64,000 nucleotides of DNA from positions 118,335-182,334 of the forward strand of contig CAWACJ010000005.1 of the NCBI GenBank assembly GCA_963780665.1, read 5' to 3'. The notes beneath the pieces were generated by a model, which saw only the letters and a list, made by a program, of their open reading frames with translations, was not told the origin of the DNA and did no database searches. Positions 1 through 8,858 of the stretch are shown in pieces. This DNA is from an uncultured Methanocellaceae archaeon. Lineage in GTDB: Archaea; Halobacteriota; Methanocellia; Methanocellales; Methanocellaceae. Within the stretch, counting starts at the first letter, position 1. Each line of letters starts with the position of its first letter. A program made the translations under genes and the position numbers.

Positions 1-1067
1 AGCGCCTTCAGGTAATACTGCCCATAGTATCCCTCGGATAGCGCATATGTGCCCAGCATGATCCTGCGCTTGACCTCTTCGCCGAAGCCCTCGGCCCGGA
101 TGCGGGAGAACGTCGTATGCCAGTTCTCGTCCTTGCCAGTCCTTAGGCCGTAGCGCAGGCCGTCGAACCTGGCCAGGTTCGAGGACGCCTCGCACATGGC
201 AATGATATAATAAGCGGATAGCGCGTACTTCGTATGTGGCAGCGAGACTTTCTTGTAGTCCGCGCCCAGCTTGTTCAGGGTGCTGATCGCATCCCAGACA
301 GCCTTTTCTACTTTTGGGCTGGTGCCTTCGCCAAAATATTCCTCCGGCACGCCGATCGTAAGGCCTTTTACATCATCCACGAGATGATCAGTGTAATGTA
401 CCTTGTCAGCTTCTGCCACGGACGTCGAGTCCTTCGGGTCATGGCCGGCGATGACATCCAGGAGCAGCGCCGCGTCGCTCACGTTCCTTGCTAACGGGCC
501 GACCTGCTCCAGCGAGTTCGCGTACTCGACCACGCCGTACCTGGACACAAGCCCGTAAGTCGGCTTGATGCCGACCACGCCGCAATAGGATGCGGGGCAT
601 CGTACGGAGCCGCCTGTATCGGTACCGAGGGCTATGCGGCACTCTAGTCCTGACACCGCTGCGCCGCTGCCTCCCGAGGAGCCGCCGGCCACACGGGCCA
701 GGTCCCACGGGTTCTTCGTGACGCCGAAATGGCTCGACTCCGTAGAGGAGCCCATGGCGAACTCGTCCATGTTCGTCTTGCCTATGATCACTGCGCCCGC
801 TTTCCTTAAGCGATCCACGACTTCTGCGTTGAAGGGAGGAACGTAGCCTGTCAATATCTTAGAGCCGCAAGTGGTCTGGATGCCCTTCGTGGTAATACAG
901 TCCTTCACGCCGACGGGCATGCCCGCTAACGGTCCGGTAACTTTACCCTCGTCCACTTCTTTTGCGACCTGGACAGCGTCATGCTCGTTCAATGAGATGT
1001 ATGCATTCAGCTTGCTCTTCTTGATACGGTCGAAGACCTTATGGATGGATTCCTCGTACTGGGCCAT
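1..1067 (-). CDS. gatA: Glu-tRNA(Gln)/Asp-tRNA(Asn) amidotransferase subunit A (GatA). The gene continues beyond the window start, so its 3' part lies outside.
   Basis: A minus-strand frame begins at ATG ~1067 immediately after the gatC stop. Its translation contains the amidase-signature stretch ...GGSSGGSGAAV... The track lists no ORF because no stop falls inside the window. Confidence 0.8.
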   Translation of the reverse strand, partial: MAQYEESIHKVFDRIKKSKLNAYISLNEHDAVQVAKEVDEGKVTGPLAGMPVGVKDCITTKGIQTTCGSKILTGYVPPFNAEVVDRLRKAGAVIIGKTNMDEFAMGSSTESSHFGVTKNPWDLARVAGGSSGGSGAAVSGLECRIALGTDTGGSVRCPASYCGVVGIKPTYGLVSRYGVVEYANSLEQVGPLARNVSDAALLLDVIAGHDPKDSTSVAEADKVHYTDHLVDDVKGLTIGVPEEYFGEGTSPKVEKAVWDAISTLNKLGADYKKVSLPHTKYALSAYYIIAMCEASSNLARFDGLRYGLRTGKDENWHTTFSRIRAEGFGEEVKRRIMLGTYALSEGYYGQYYLKA

Positions 1068-1069
1068 GG

Positions 1070-1354
1070 TCACACGATCCTCGGCCCTTTGACGTAGCCT
1101 TTTTCGGTTTTCGGCGCGTTCTTCAGCGACTCTTCCTGGGAAAGCCCCTCGGTCGCCACGTCCTCGCGGAAGACGTTTGTCAGGCCTATCACGTGATACG
1201 TGGGCTCGACATGCTCCGTATTCAGCCCGTCGAGCTCTTTAAAGTAGTCCAAAATCGCATTGAATTGAATTGCGAAGCGCTCCTTCTCCTGCTCGGTTAG
1301 GTCGATGCAGGCGAGGCTCCCGATATGCTCAACGTCTTTCACGCTTATGGCCAT
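1070..1354 (-). CDS. gatC: Amidotransferase subunit C (GatC), ~94 aa
   Basis: The ORF 1070..1492 contains MAISVKDVEHIGSLACIDLTEQEKERF...DVATEGLSQEE, which is a typical GatC. I take the internal Met at 1354 as the true start because the upstream part overlaps the asnB C-terminus. The stop is followed 3 nt later by the gatA start. Confidence 0.8.
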   Translation of the reverse strand: MAISVKDVEHIGSLACIDLTEQEKERFAIQFNAILDYFKELDGLNTEHVEPTYHVIGLTNVFREDVATEGLSQEESLKNAPKTEKGYVKGPRIV

Positions 1355-1355
1355 A

Positions 1356-2705
1356 TTAGAACACAACCTTGTATAATGATTGGAAATAGTCGCCCGTACC
1401 CTTGTAGCCCTCGCTTTTTGCCAGCTTCTCCAGTGTTTTTTGGACACCGGTGCCATACTGAATGGCCTTTTTCGGGGCACTAGCGATCTCATCGGGTAGA
1501 TACTTTTCTGATAAAAATCTTAGAATGTATTTGCGTATATAATCCTTACCGTCAAAATGTACTTTTAGGGAGGTATCGATCCGCTGAGAAATATCTATCA
1601 CGGCAAGGTCCAGGTAGGGCACTCTCATCTCCACGCCATGAGCCATGGCGGCGGCGTCATCCCTTTCCAGGTTATTCCCTGCGATATGTTCGAGGTCATA
1701 CTGGAGCATTTCCCCAAGTTTTGAGGAGCTTGCTGCTTCTTCATAACGGGCATAGCCTCCGAAAAGCTCATCTGCGCCCTGGCCGGAGAGGAGCACCTTG
1801 TAACCGGATTTTCTAGCTTCTCGTGCGAGAATATAGATCGGAAGCGCAATGGAGACCTTCAGCGGGTCGGCGCTTTCGACCGAGTAGATTACGGCCGGCA
1901 GCACTTCGGCAACGTCCTTTTCGCTGAACTCGTAGACAAAATGCTCGGCGCCCATGAGGCAGGCGGCTTTTTTAGCAGCCTTAATGTCGTATGAGCCCTC
2001 GAGCCCGACCGTGCATAGCGGCAATCCTGACATGGCGCCAACGAGAGAGCAATCCACGCCGCCGGAGAAGGCTACGGCAGCGTTCTCGTGCATGCGTAGC
2101 TTGACCGCTTCCTGTAATGCGTTATCAAGCAGTCCGGCAGCTTCTTCGGGATCGGTGATGTCGCCCCGGTAAGGTGGCAGGCCGATCGCATTTTGCTTTT
2201 TGCCGTCGACATATACGCAGCCGGGACAGAGCGCATGGATATCCTGGATACCGATATGCATGAGCGCCTTTTTTTCCGAGGCAAAGCCAAGCCCTTCGCT
2301 ATTTTTTCCATAAAACAGCGGCTTGATGCCGACCGGGTCTCTGGCCAGCATCAGTTTCGCGCCGTCATAGTACGCGAACGCATATTCGCCATCGATCGAA
2401 GGTGCGGCCTTCAGGAAGCTCTCGGCCCCGTTCCGCAGTATGGCATCGGCCAGCGCCATCGTGTCCGAAGTGCCCGGCAGGAACTGCTTAAAATTATAGA
2501 TCTCGCCGTTATAGGCGACTGCTTTATCGCCCGATACCACTGGCTGGCTCACGTCGCCGGTGATCTTTAGATGAGCATGTCCCATAGCGACGGTACCGTT
2601 ATCCCATAAGCTCATGCCGTCCGGCCCGCGATGCCGTATCAGCGCTATCATCCGAGAAGCGTTATGCCGGGCATTATCGCCGACAAATCCTGCAATGCCG
2701 CACAT
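1356..2705 (-). CDS. asnB: Asparagine synthetase (glutamine-hydrolysing), class II glutamine amidotransferase N-terminus
   Basis: N-terminal MCGIAG places the catalytic Cys at position 2. I therefore take the start at the Met preceding Cys (2705), not the ORF-track start at 2717. The gene lies directly upstream of gatC/gatA on the same strand. Confidence 0.75.
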   Translation of the reverse strand: MCGIAGFVGDNARHNASRMIALIRHRGPDGMSLWDNGTVAMGHAHLKITGDVSQPVVSGDKAVAYNGEIYNFKQFLPGTSDTMALADAILRNGAESFLKAAPSIDGEYAFAYYDGAKLMLARDPVGIKPLFYGKNSEGLGFASEKKALMHIGIQDIHALCPGCVYVDGKKQNAIGLPPYRGDITDPEEAAGLLDNALQEAVKLRMHENAAVAFSGGVDCSLVGAMSGLPLCTVGLEGSYDIKAAKKAACLMGAEHFVYEFSEKDVAEVLPAVIYSVESADPLKVSIALPIYILAREARKSGYKVLLSGQGADELFGGYARYEEAASSSKLGEMLQYDLEHIAGNNLERDDAAAMAHGVEMRVPYLDLAVIDISQRIDTSLKVHFDGKDYIRKYILRFLSEKYLPDEIASAPKKAIQYGTGVQKTLEKLAKSEGYKGTGDYFQSLYKVVF

Positions 2706-2802
2706 CTTCGTATGCAATTAACAGAGCGGGGCTATAAAGCTTTCTTTATGGCACGCAGTAAAAGTAATCGAAATAAAATGATGCCATGTCGTGCCATAAG
2801 GG

Positions 2803-3756
2803 CTATTTCGCCCTTAGTACGACGTAGTCCGATAATTTCAATAGCAGCTCTTTGGAACGCCCATCCGGTATAGCCTGTAACGAGTGTTTTGCTTCCAGCG
2901 CTTTTTGTTCCGCGATCCTGCCCGCCTTCGCGATGCAAGGCTCGAGGGCATCATGCAGCTCTTCGGGCGTCATCGAAAGCATATCCTCGCGCTTCAAGCC
3001 GTTATTTTTAGCCAGCAGCATGACCAGCGTCGGGCGGCCCATCTTCAGGTCGATAAAAGTCGGCTTACCCAGCATGTCTTCGTTGGAAGTGAAATCGAGG
3101 ATGTCATCGCGTATCTGGAATGCGGCACCCAGGCTGCGCCCATATAGTTTTAGCGCAGTTACCTGCGCATCGTCCCCTTCGCCCACCAGCGCGCCTGCCT
3201 CTGCGGAGGCGCTGAAGAGCGATGCGGTCTTGCGATCCGCGATCTTATAGTAATCGTCGATCGTATAATCACGTTTTACTAATTCCATGGCTTCGCCTTC
3301 GGCAAGGCTTAACATCGAATTTGAGGCGCATTCGATGACCGATTTTGTAAGCTTTATATCTGTTTTCGACGCTTCGTTTATTGCCAGCGCCAGCAGCACA
3401 TCGCAGGCGATGAGCGCCATGTTGTTGCCCCACTTTGAATTAATAGTCGCCTTTCCGCGCCTTGTCTCCGACACGTCTATGATATCGTCAAGTATGAGCG
3501 ACGTGCTGTGGATCATTTCCACCGCTATGGCCGGCACGATCGATTTTTGTAAGCTGCCTCCTACCGACTCGCAGGATAGCGTGAGCACCGTAGCTCGTAT
3601 CCGCTTGCCTTTTTGCGAGAGCGCGTACCGGACCACTTCAGCCAGCTCGGGAGGGTCAATGGCATATGGTAACAGGCTGAGCTCTTTGTCGATGAGCCCT
3701 GCCCTGTATTCTATGACCTCTTCGATATCCTTTAAGGATATATTCATATTACTCAT
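2803..3756 (-). CDS. Polyprenyl synthetase (geranylgeranyl diphosphate synthase type, IdsA-like)
   Basis: Two Asp-rich motifs are present: LILDDIIDVSETRRGK (FARM) and FQIRDDILDF (SARM). Length is 317 aa. Confidence 0.8.
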   Translation of the reverse strand: MSNMNISLKDIEEVIEYRAGLIDKELSLLPYAIDPPELAEVVRYALSQKGKRIRATVLTLSCESVGGSLQKSIVPAIAVEMIHSTSLILDDIIDVSETRRGKATINSKWGNNMALIACDVLLALAINEASKTDIKLTKSVIECASNSMLSLAEGEAMELVKRDYTIDDYYKIADRKTASLFSASAEAGALVGEGDDAQVTALKLYGRSLGAAFQIRDDILDFTSNEDMLGKPTFIDLKMGRPTLVMLLAKNNGLKREDMLSMTPEELHDALEPCIAKAGRIAEQKALEAKHSLQAIPDGRSKELLLKLSDYVVLRAK

Positions 3757-3905
3757 CCTTTACAATCGCCTGAAACATATAATTGTTATCGTCCACTATA
3801 ATACGCTTGCCCGGCAAATTAAAAATGAAACTATCATATAATAATCCGGAATTTAAAACCCCTATGACGATCTTTAGAGACTCTTAATGGATAATTAAAG
3901 CCCCA

Positions 3906-4679
3906 TTACCGCTTTTTTGCAACAGCGATCAGGTCGTATGTCCGGTTCTTGCCGATCGGAGTCATACGAAAGTCCTCGTAAAAGCTGATGTCCGCAAATC
4001 CGGCCTTTTTCATTAGCCACTTTAGCTTATCCGCCCATAGAGGATTATATTCTACTACGTCTACGCTGAACTTGGGCTCATAATTGCGCTCGATGAGAGA
4101 AAGGATGTTGAAAACTACTTTTTCCTCATAGTAGTCGATGGCAAAGATAAAAGAATCCGTGCCTTCATTCGTACGCCTGTAAACCGATGGGATAAAACGG
4201 TCATGATCCTCGTATAGCAGATCATAATTTTCTATGTGGATCATACAGGTGCCGCCGGCATTGAGAAGCTCATACATATTCCGTAATGCTTCAAGAAGGT
4301 TATCGTCGCCAAACTCATGCGGGAGCGAGTTCCCCATGGAGAGTACGCAGTCATATCTTTTATCGAGCGTAGAAGCAGCCTGCTTTACATCGCATTGTAT
4401 GATATCTGCCTCGATCCCCCGCTCACCCAGGTTTTGCCGTGCTTTCGCGATCATATCGCTGGACATGTCGATGCCGTCTACCCTGTGCCCCATTTCCTGT
4501 AGCATGGCCACGTGAAACCCGGTGCCGCAAAAACAGTCGAGCACTGTGATGTCACTCGCTTGTAATAATTGGCGAAAGAAGTGTTTCTCCCTGGCCATGC
4601 GCTTGTCCCATGGCAGGAAGATATCGTACTTATCCGTAAAGCCTGAGTAGAACTTCGAAAGCGCCTCATCTTTATCCAT
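3906..4679 (-). CDS. Class I SAM-dependent methyltransferase
   Basis: Motif I: VLDCFCGTGFHV...GIDMS. Length is 257 aa. Confidence 0.65.
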   Translation of the reverse strand: MDKDEALSKFYSGFTDKYDIFLPWDKRMAREKHFFRQLLQASDITVLDCFCGTGFHVAMLQEMGHRVDGIDMSSDMIAKARQNLGERGIEADIIQCDVKQAASTLDKRYDCVLSMGNSLPHEFGDDNLLEALRNMYELLNAGGTCMIHIENYDLLYEDHDRFIPSVYRRTNEGTDSFIFAIDYYEEKVVFNILSLIERNYEPKFSVDVVEYNPLWADKLKWLMKKAGFADISFYEDFRMTPIGKNRTYDLIAVAKKR

Positions 4680-4837
4680 GGTATTTGAGATATTGAGCTC
4701 TCCGTAGATATAGAATAGACGCGTTAAAAGATGCTGACGATACGGAAGCCTGCGAATGAGATAAAAAATTCCCGGCTTTGATCCATTGTTACCGCAGTTG
4801 GGAGAAATTGTATGCTCCGTAAAAAAATTAATGAGAG

Positions 4838-4919
4838 CGCCGAAGAGGAGACTTGAACTCCTAAGGCCTTGCGACCGCTGGTTTTCGAGACCAGTCCCTT
4901 ACCGTTAGAGTACCTCGGC
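4838..4919 (-). tRNA. tRNA-Ser (anticodon CGA)
   Basis: The reverse complement folds as a tRNA. The acceptor stem is GCCGAGG paired with CTTCGGC plus discriminator G. The anticodon stem CTGGT/ACCAG carries the loop CTCGAAA, giving anticodon CGA. There is a long variable arm, and the T-arm has GTTCAAGTC. CCA is not encoded. Confidence 0.8.
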
Positions 4920-5309
4920 ATTTTTATTACAAAATGACGTAATCTCTCCTCTTTTTAGATATCATGACTATTTATACCTTGTGCCATGACGGGGATGGAT
5001 ATTTCGACTGCCACATCAATCGGTTTTAAATATTCGATAGGCTATTCCGCATAACGCTTACAAATGTTTTTAACTTATCGAATCATTAATATAATTAAGT
5101 GATACTTATGCCTGGCAAGTTTAGGAAACGAAGCATCGAAAGAAAGGGCACGAAGAAGGAGCAGGAAAAGGACATGATACTTCTGGACAAGAACAAGACC
5201 AGCCTTGCCAAGCCCGAAGTGACCAAGGAAGAGTTCGAAATAGAGACGGCTCCCGTGGAGGAGGGAGAAGTTGAATCCGGCATCTCAGGCCCGAAGGAAG
5301 GAGTTTGAT

Positions 5310-5516
5310 TTGAAAGTATCTGTCAAAATATTCACCGGCGAAGTGAAAAGCAGAGAAGTCGAGCTCCCGGAGGGCTCGGCTTACTATGACCTGCTGGATC
5401 TCTTACATATCAACCCGGAAACCGTCGTTGTTTTTAAAGAAGGCGTACCGGTGGCTTTCGACGCACCTGTCGACATGACGCCACTCGAGATCATGCGAGT
5501 AGTCTCCGGTGGCTGA
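5310..5516 (+). CDS. Small beta-grasp sulfur-carrier / ubiquitin-like protein of the MoaD/ThiS/SAMP family, ending in -SGG
   Basis: The protein is 68 aa from a TTG start, with an AAGGAG Shine-Dalgarno sequence 6 nt upstream. The C-terminus ...EIMRVVSGG is followed directly by a stop, which is the diglycine tail typical of SAMP/MoaD carriers. It sits immediately upstream of a cysteine desulfurase. Confidence 0.5.
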   Translation: MKVSVKIFTGEVKSREVELPEGSAYYDLLDLLHINPETVVVFKEGVPVAFDAPVDMTPLEIMRVVSGG

Positions 5517-5625
5517 AGCCAACTTATTTTAAAGAATGCACTATGAAGCTTTCTCCAAGCTTAGTGTTCTTAGAAATTTCCAAATATTCATTATGTGGTA
5601 GCGCTATACAGATGAGCGAGCGGCC

Positions 5626-6807
5626 ATGTACGACGTATATAAGATCAGAGAGGATTTCAGCGTCCTGAAAGAAGTCATCTATCTGGACAGCGCAGCGACC
5701 AGCCAGAAACCCAGACCCGTCGTCGAGGCTATGAACGATTATTTTTACAAATACTGCGGCTCATATGGCAGAGGAGCACACAAGCTAGCCCGGATCACCA
5801 CGGAGAAATATGAGGATGCGCGAGAATCGGTCGCATCCCTATTAGGTATTCCCGCCAATAAGACGATTTTCACTAAGAACACGACTGAAGGCATTAACAT
5901 GATCGCATACGGGCTCAAATGGAAAGCAGGCGATCACATTATCACAGGGGTCACCGAGCACCATAGCAACCTGTTGCCGTGGCTGCGCCTCAGGGATAGA
6001 GGCGTGGAGGTCACGGTCGTGAACTCGGACGAAAAAGGCGTCATAGATCCTGCCGACATCGAATCTGCTATCACCGATAAAACAAGGCTCATCGCGATCG
6101 GGCATATCTCAAATTTTTTTGCAGCCATACAGGACATTAACGCGTACGCGAATATAGCCAGAAAAAATAATATCATGCTGCTGATAGACGCGGCGCAGTC
6201 AGTCGGCGAGATGCCGCTGAACTTTTCACAGATCGGATGCGATTTCATGTGCGCGCCGGGCCATAAAGGATTACTGGGCCCGCAAGGCACTGGTATTTTA
6301 TATATGAAAGACCCGGAGCAGGTGACGCCCGTATATGCCGGGGGCGGTACTGTGGAATCGGTCACGACAAACGGCTTTAGCTTCGATGAAATACCGTCCC
6401 GGTTCGAATACGGCACGCCCAACATACCGGGCGTAATAGGGCTCGGCAGAGCCGCGGAATATGTAAAAGAGCTAGGCCTGGAGAATATAGAGGCCCATGT
6501 GACAGGCCTATCCGAGCTATGCGCAAAGCGACTTTCGGAGATAAAGGGTGTAGATACCTACGGGCCAAAACACAGAGGCTCGCTGGTATCATTCAATGTC
6601 ACCGACCTCAACTCACATGATGTGGCAATGATCCTGGATGAGACAAAAAAGATCTGTATCCGCAGTGGCGCAATGTGCGCGCAGCCTGCGCTGGCGCGAA
6701 TATGCCTCACAGGTGCCGCACGCGCCTCGTTTGGCTGCTATAATACAAGTGAAGAAGTGGAAAAACTGGCATCCTCAGTCGAGATGATCGCCAGGACACT
6801 TGTGTAA
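5626..6807 (+). CDS. Cysteine desulfurase (class V aminotransferase, NifS/SufS/Csd-like)
   Basis: Length is 393 aa. The PLP-lysine motif ...APGHKGLLGPQGTGILY... is present, and the fold matches class V aminotransferases. Confidence 0.8.
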   Translation: MYDVYKIREDFSVLKEVIYLDSAATSQKPRPVVEAMNDYFYKYCGSYGRGAHKLARITTEKYEDARESVASLLGIPANKTIFTKNTTEGINMIAYGLKWKAGDHIITGVTEHHSNLLPWLRLRDRGVEVTVVNSDEKGVIDPADIESAITDKTRLIAIGHISNFFAAIQDINAYANIARKNNIMLLIDAAQSVGEMPLNFSQIGCDFMCAPGHKGLLGPQGTGILYMKDPEQVTPVYAGGGTVESVTTNGFSFDEIPSRFEYGTPNIPGVIGLGRAAEYVKELGLENIEAHVTGLSELCAKRLSEIKGVDTYGPKHRGSLVSFNVTDLNSHDVAMILDETKKICIRSGAMCAQPALARICLTGAARASFGCYNTSEEVEKLASSVEMIARTLV

Positions 6808-7072
6808 CCACGAAGTTCTCGGAGTCTCGGTTTCAACACGGAGACACTGGATGCGCGAAGTAGCACAAAGTTGTTTTTGTGTAAGCCTCCGGCGGCCAGG
6901 GGATTCTATTTTTATTGTGTAAGCCTCCGGCGGCTTACACAAAAACATTCACCACACACCGCACCTCAAACAAGGTCGCACAGCCGCCGGAGGCTTACAC
7001 AAAAACACCTTAGTGCTACTTCGTGCTCCCAGTGTCTCCGTGGTGAAACCGAGACTCCGAGAACTTAGTGGC
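6808..7072. repeat. Nested inverted-repeat element (MITE-like or large RNA/DNA hairpin structure), ~265 bp
   Basis: The outer arms 6808-6895 and 6984-7072 are reverse complements at roughly 90% identity. The arm sequence is cgaagttctcggagtctcggtttcaacacggagacactgg...ttgtttttgtgtaagcctccggcgg. The centre contains a second perfect hairpin, ttgtgtaagcctccggcggcttacacaa. The module ttgtttttgtgtaagcctccggcgg occurs three times (fwd, fwd/rev, rev). Confidence 0.6.
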
Positions 7073-7147
7073 GAGCTTAAAGAATAATAAACTAACAATA
7101 CGGTCTGTTAAGTGTCGAATTATAGTAAAAAAAGGTATTGGTATGTT

Positions 7148-8032
7148 TTATATACCAAACGCATTTTGAAGGGGTGTAGGCGCATGCACGGCCGTTTCAG
7201 GCCCATGCTCGAGACGTTCCTCGGCCCAGGTGTAGATCAACGTGTAGTATGATATGCGGATGAACATGTTGATCGTGGACACGAGCGATATGGCGGTGAA
7301 TGCGAAGATCAGCGCAACAGCGAGCGCCAGTGTCGTATTTGCATAATTCAGTATCGTGAAGATACCTAAGGCAACGACTATAGATACGATGATGCCTACA
7401 AAGGCGAATATACCGGTCAATATACGGATACCTACTTCGCCGGCCCCGATCAACACAAGATTATTCTTGGCGATATCGAAAGCCTTTTTAAAGGAATCGG
7501 TGAAACCGTAGCCGCCGATCACGACGGTCGGGATCAAAAGCATGCTAGCGATCTTCCAGCCTTCATTTAGTGCATCCGCAAAAACCGTGGCTAAAATGCC
7601 TGCGAGCAAGCCTCTTCTATTACCCTGGTTCTTTAATGACTGGACGATCACGTTGATAATAGCGGCCACAAGCGCGATCATCAGAATAGTAGGCGCCCTC
7701 GCCAGTGCCATGCTAAAAGCCTTATTAAGCGAGGATCTACCGAACTTTACATGTTCATAAACGGCGTATGCCGTAGAAGCCATAAAGATGTAGCTGATCG
7801 CATAGCTCACGAACAGCGCGATAAGCAGGAAACCGCCGAAGATGAAGAAAGCGTTTCCGAACACGTTGAAAAGGACCAGCGCTATGACTACAAAAATGCT
7901 GACGAAAAAGCCGATCGCAACAGAAAGTAGAGACGGAAGCAACAGCTTAGGCTCCTCAATGACCATACGATAGCATTCGACGATATATTTAAACGCCTGG
8001 CCGATTGAATCGAATATTGACAACCACATCAC
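7148..8032 (-). CDS. Polytopic integral membrane protein of unknown function
   Basis: Length is 294 aa with at least six predicted hydrophobic helices. No catalytic motif was recognised. Confidence 0.5.
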   Translation of the reverse strand: MMWLSIFDSIGQAFKYIVECYRMVIEEPKLLLPSLLSVAIGFFVSIFVVIALVLFNVFGNAFFIFGGFLLIALFVSYAISYIFMASTAYAVYEHVKFGRSSLNKAFSMALARAPTILMIALVAAIINVIVQSLKNQGNRRGLLAGILATVFADALNEGWKIASMLLIPTVVIGGYGFTDSFKKAFDIAKNNLVLIGAGEVGIRILTGIFAFVGIIVSIVVALGIFTILNYANTTLALAVALIFAFTAISLVSTINMFIRISYYTLIYTWAEERLEHGPETAVHAPTPLQNAFGI

Positions 8033-8222
8033 CTGATATATTAGCGATTGTATCCTGATAATAAGTATTTAAATGTAATTGATAAGCGATCGAAGGGAAA
8101 TAATTCAACTATAGTTTTATGATGCCAAAAAGGCAAAGTATATTTTTTAAGAGGTTAATGAGGTAAGCACTCAATTAATGGATTATTATTAACATATCCA
8201 GTAAACGATCGATGGTGTCATC

Positions 8223-8858
8223 ATGCATGCGAAAGAAAAAACCCTGGAAATCAAGCAATGTCCCCGGCACGGCTTTTTCAGGGGAGAAGAATGCCAGTGT
8301 GGAAACCAGGGCAGGTTCATACTGTCAGGATATAAAGCTGAAAAGCTCGGAAAGATCATATCCGGAGCGTTACGGCATTTCCCTCAGGAGCTAGGGCTGC
8401 AGATGGATGAACGCGGATGGATCGGCATTGATGACCTGGAAAAGGCCATCAAGGCAAAATACCCGTGGGCTATGCGATATCATATTGATGCAATGTTCGA
8501 TACCGATGAAAAGGGACGCTACGAAAGACTGGAGAATAAGGTACGCGCGCGGTACGGACATTCAGTCAATATTAATCTCGACTATCCCGACTCGAGGCAC
8601 GACATGCTATTTTACGGTACGAGCGAAGAAGAAGCAGACCGTATTTTAGAGATCGGGCTGAAACCTGTGAACCAGCATTATGTGCATTTGAGTAAGTCCA
8701 TAGAAGAGGCCGTAAAAGTAGCCTGTATAAGGACAGAGCACCCGGTGATCATTTCAGTGGACGCACGAAAGGCAAAAGAAAAGGGTATCGTCATACTGGA
8801 TGCGGGGCCTGTTTGTCTGACGACGCAGGTGCCGCCCGAGTTTATTCGCATTGAATAA
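8223..8858 (+). CDS. kptA: RNA 2'-phosphotransferase (Tpt1/KptA) with an N-terminal C4 zinc-ribbon extension
   Basis: The KptA family pattern is present: ISGALRHFPQELGLQMDERGWIGIDDL, ...RYERLENKVRARYGHS..., MLFYGTS, and VHLSKS...A. The N-terminal CPRHGFFRGEECQCGN is a Cys4 ribbon. Confidence 0.8.
   Translation: MHAKEKTLEIKQCPRHGFFRGEECQCGNQGRFILSGYKAEKLGKIISGALRHFPQELGLQMDERGWIGIDDLEKAIKAKYPWAMRYHIDAMFDTDEKGRYERLENKVRARYGHSVNINLDYPDSRHDMLFYGTSEEEADRILEIGLKPVNQHYVHLSKSIEEAVKVACIRTEHPVIISVDARKAKEKGIVILDAGPVCLTTQVPPEFIRIE

Noticed and set aside
4724-4921. 65-aa ORF overlapping tRNA-Ser(CGA)
   Set aside because: It overlaps a convincing tRNA on the same strand, so it is spurious.
5099-5308. 69-aa ORF MILMPGKFRKRSIERKGTKKEQEKD...
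   Set aside because: It is highly charged, low-complexity and motif-free, and its 3' end overlaps the Shine-Dalgarno and start of the SAMP-like gene. It could be a real small protein, but I could not support it.
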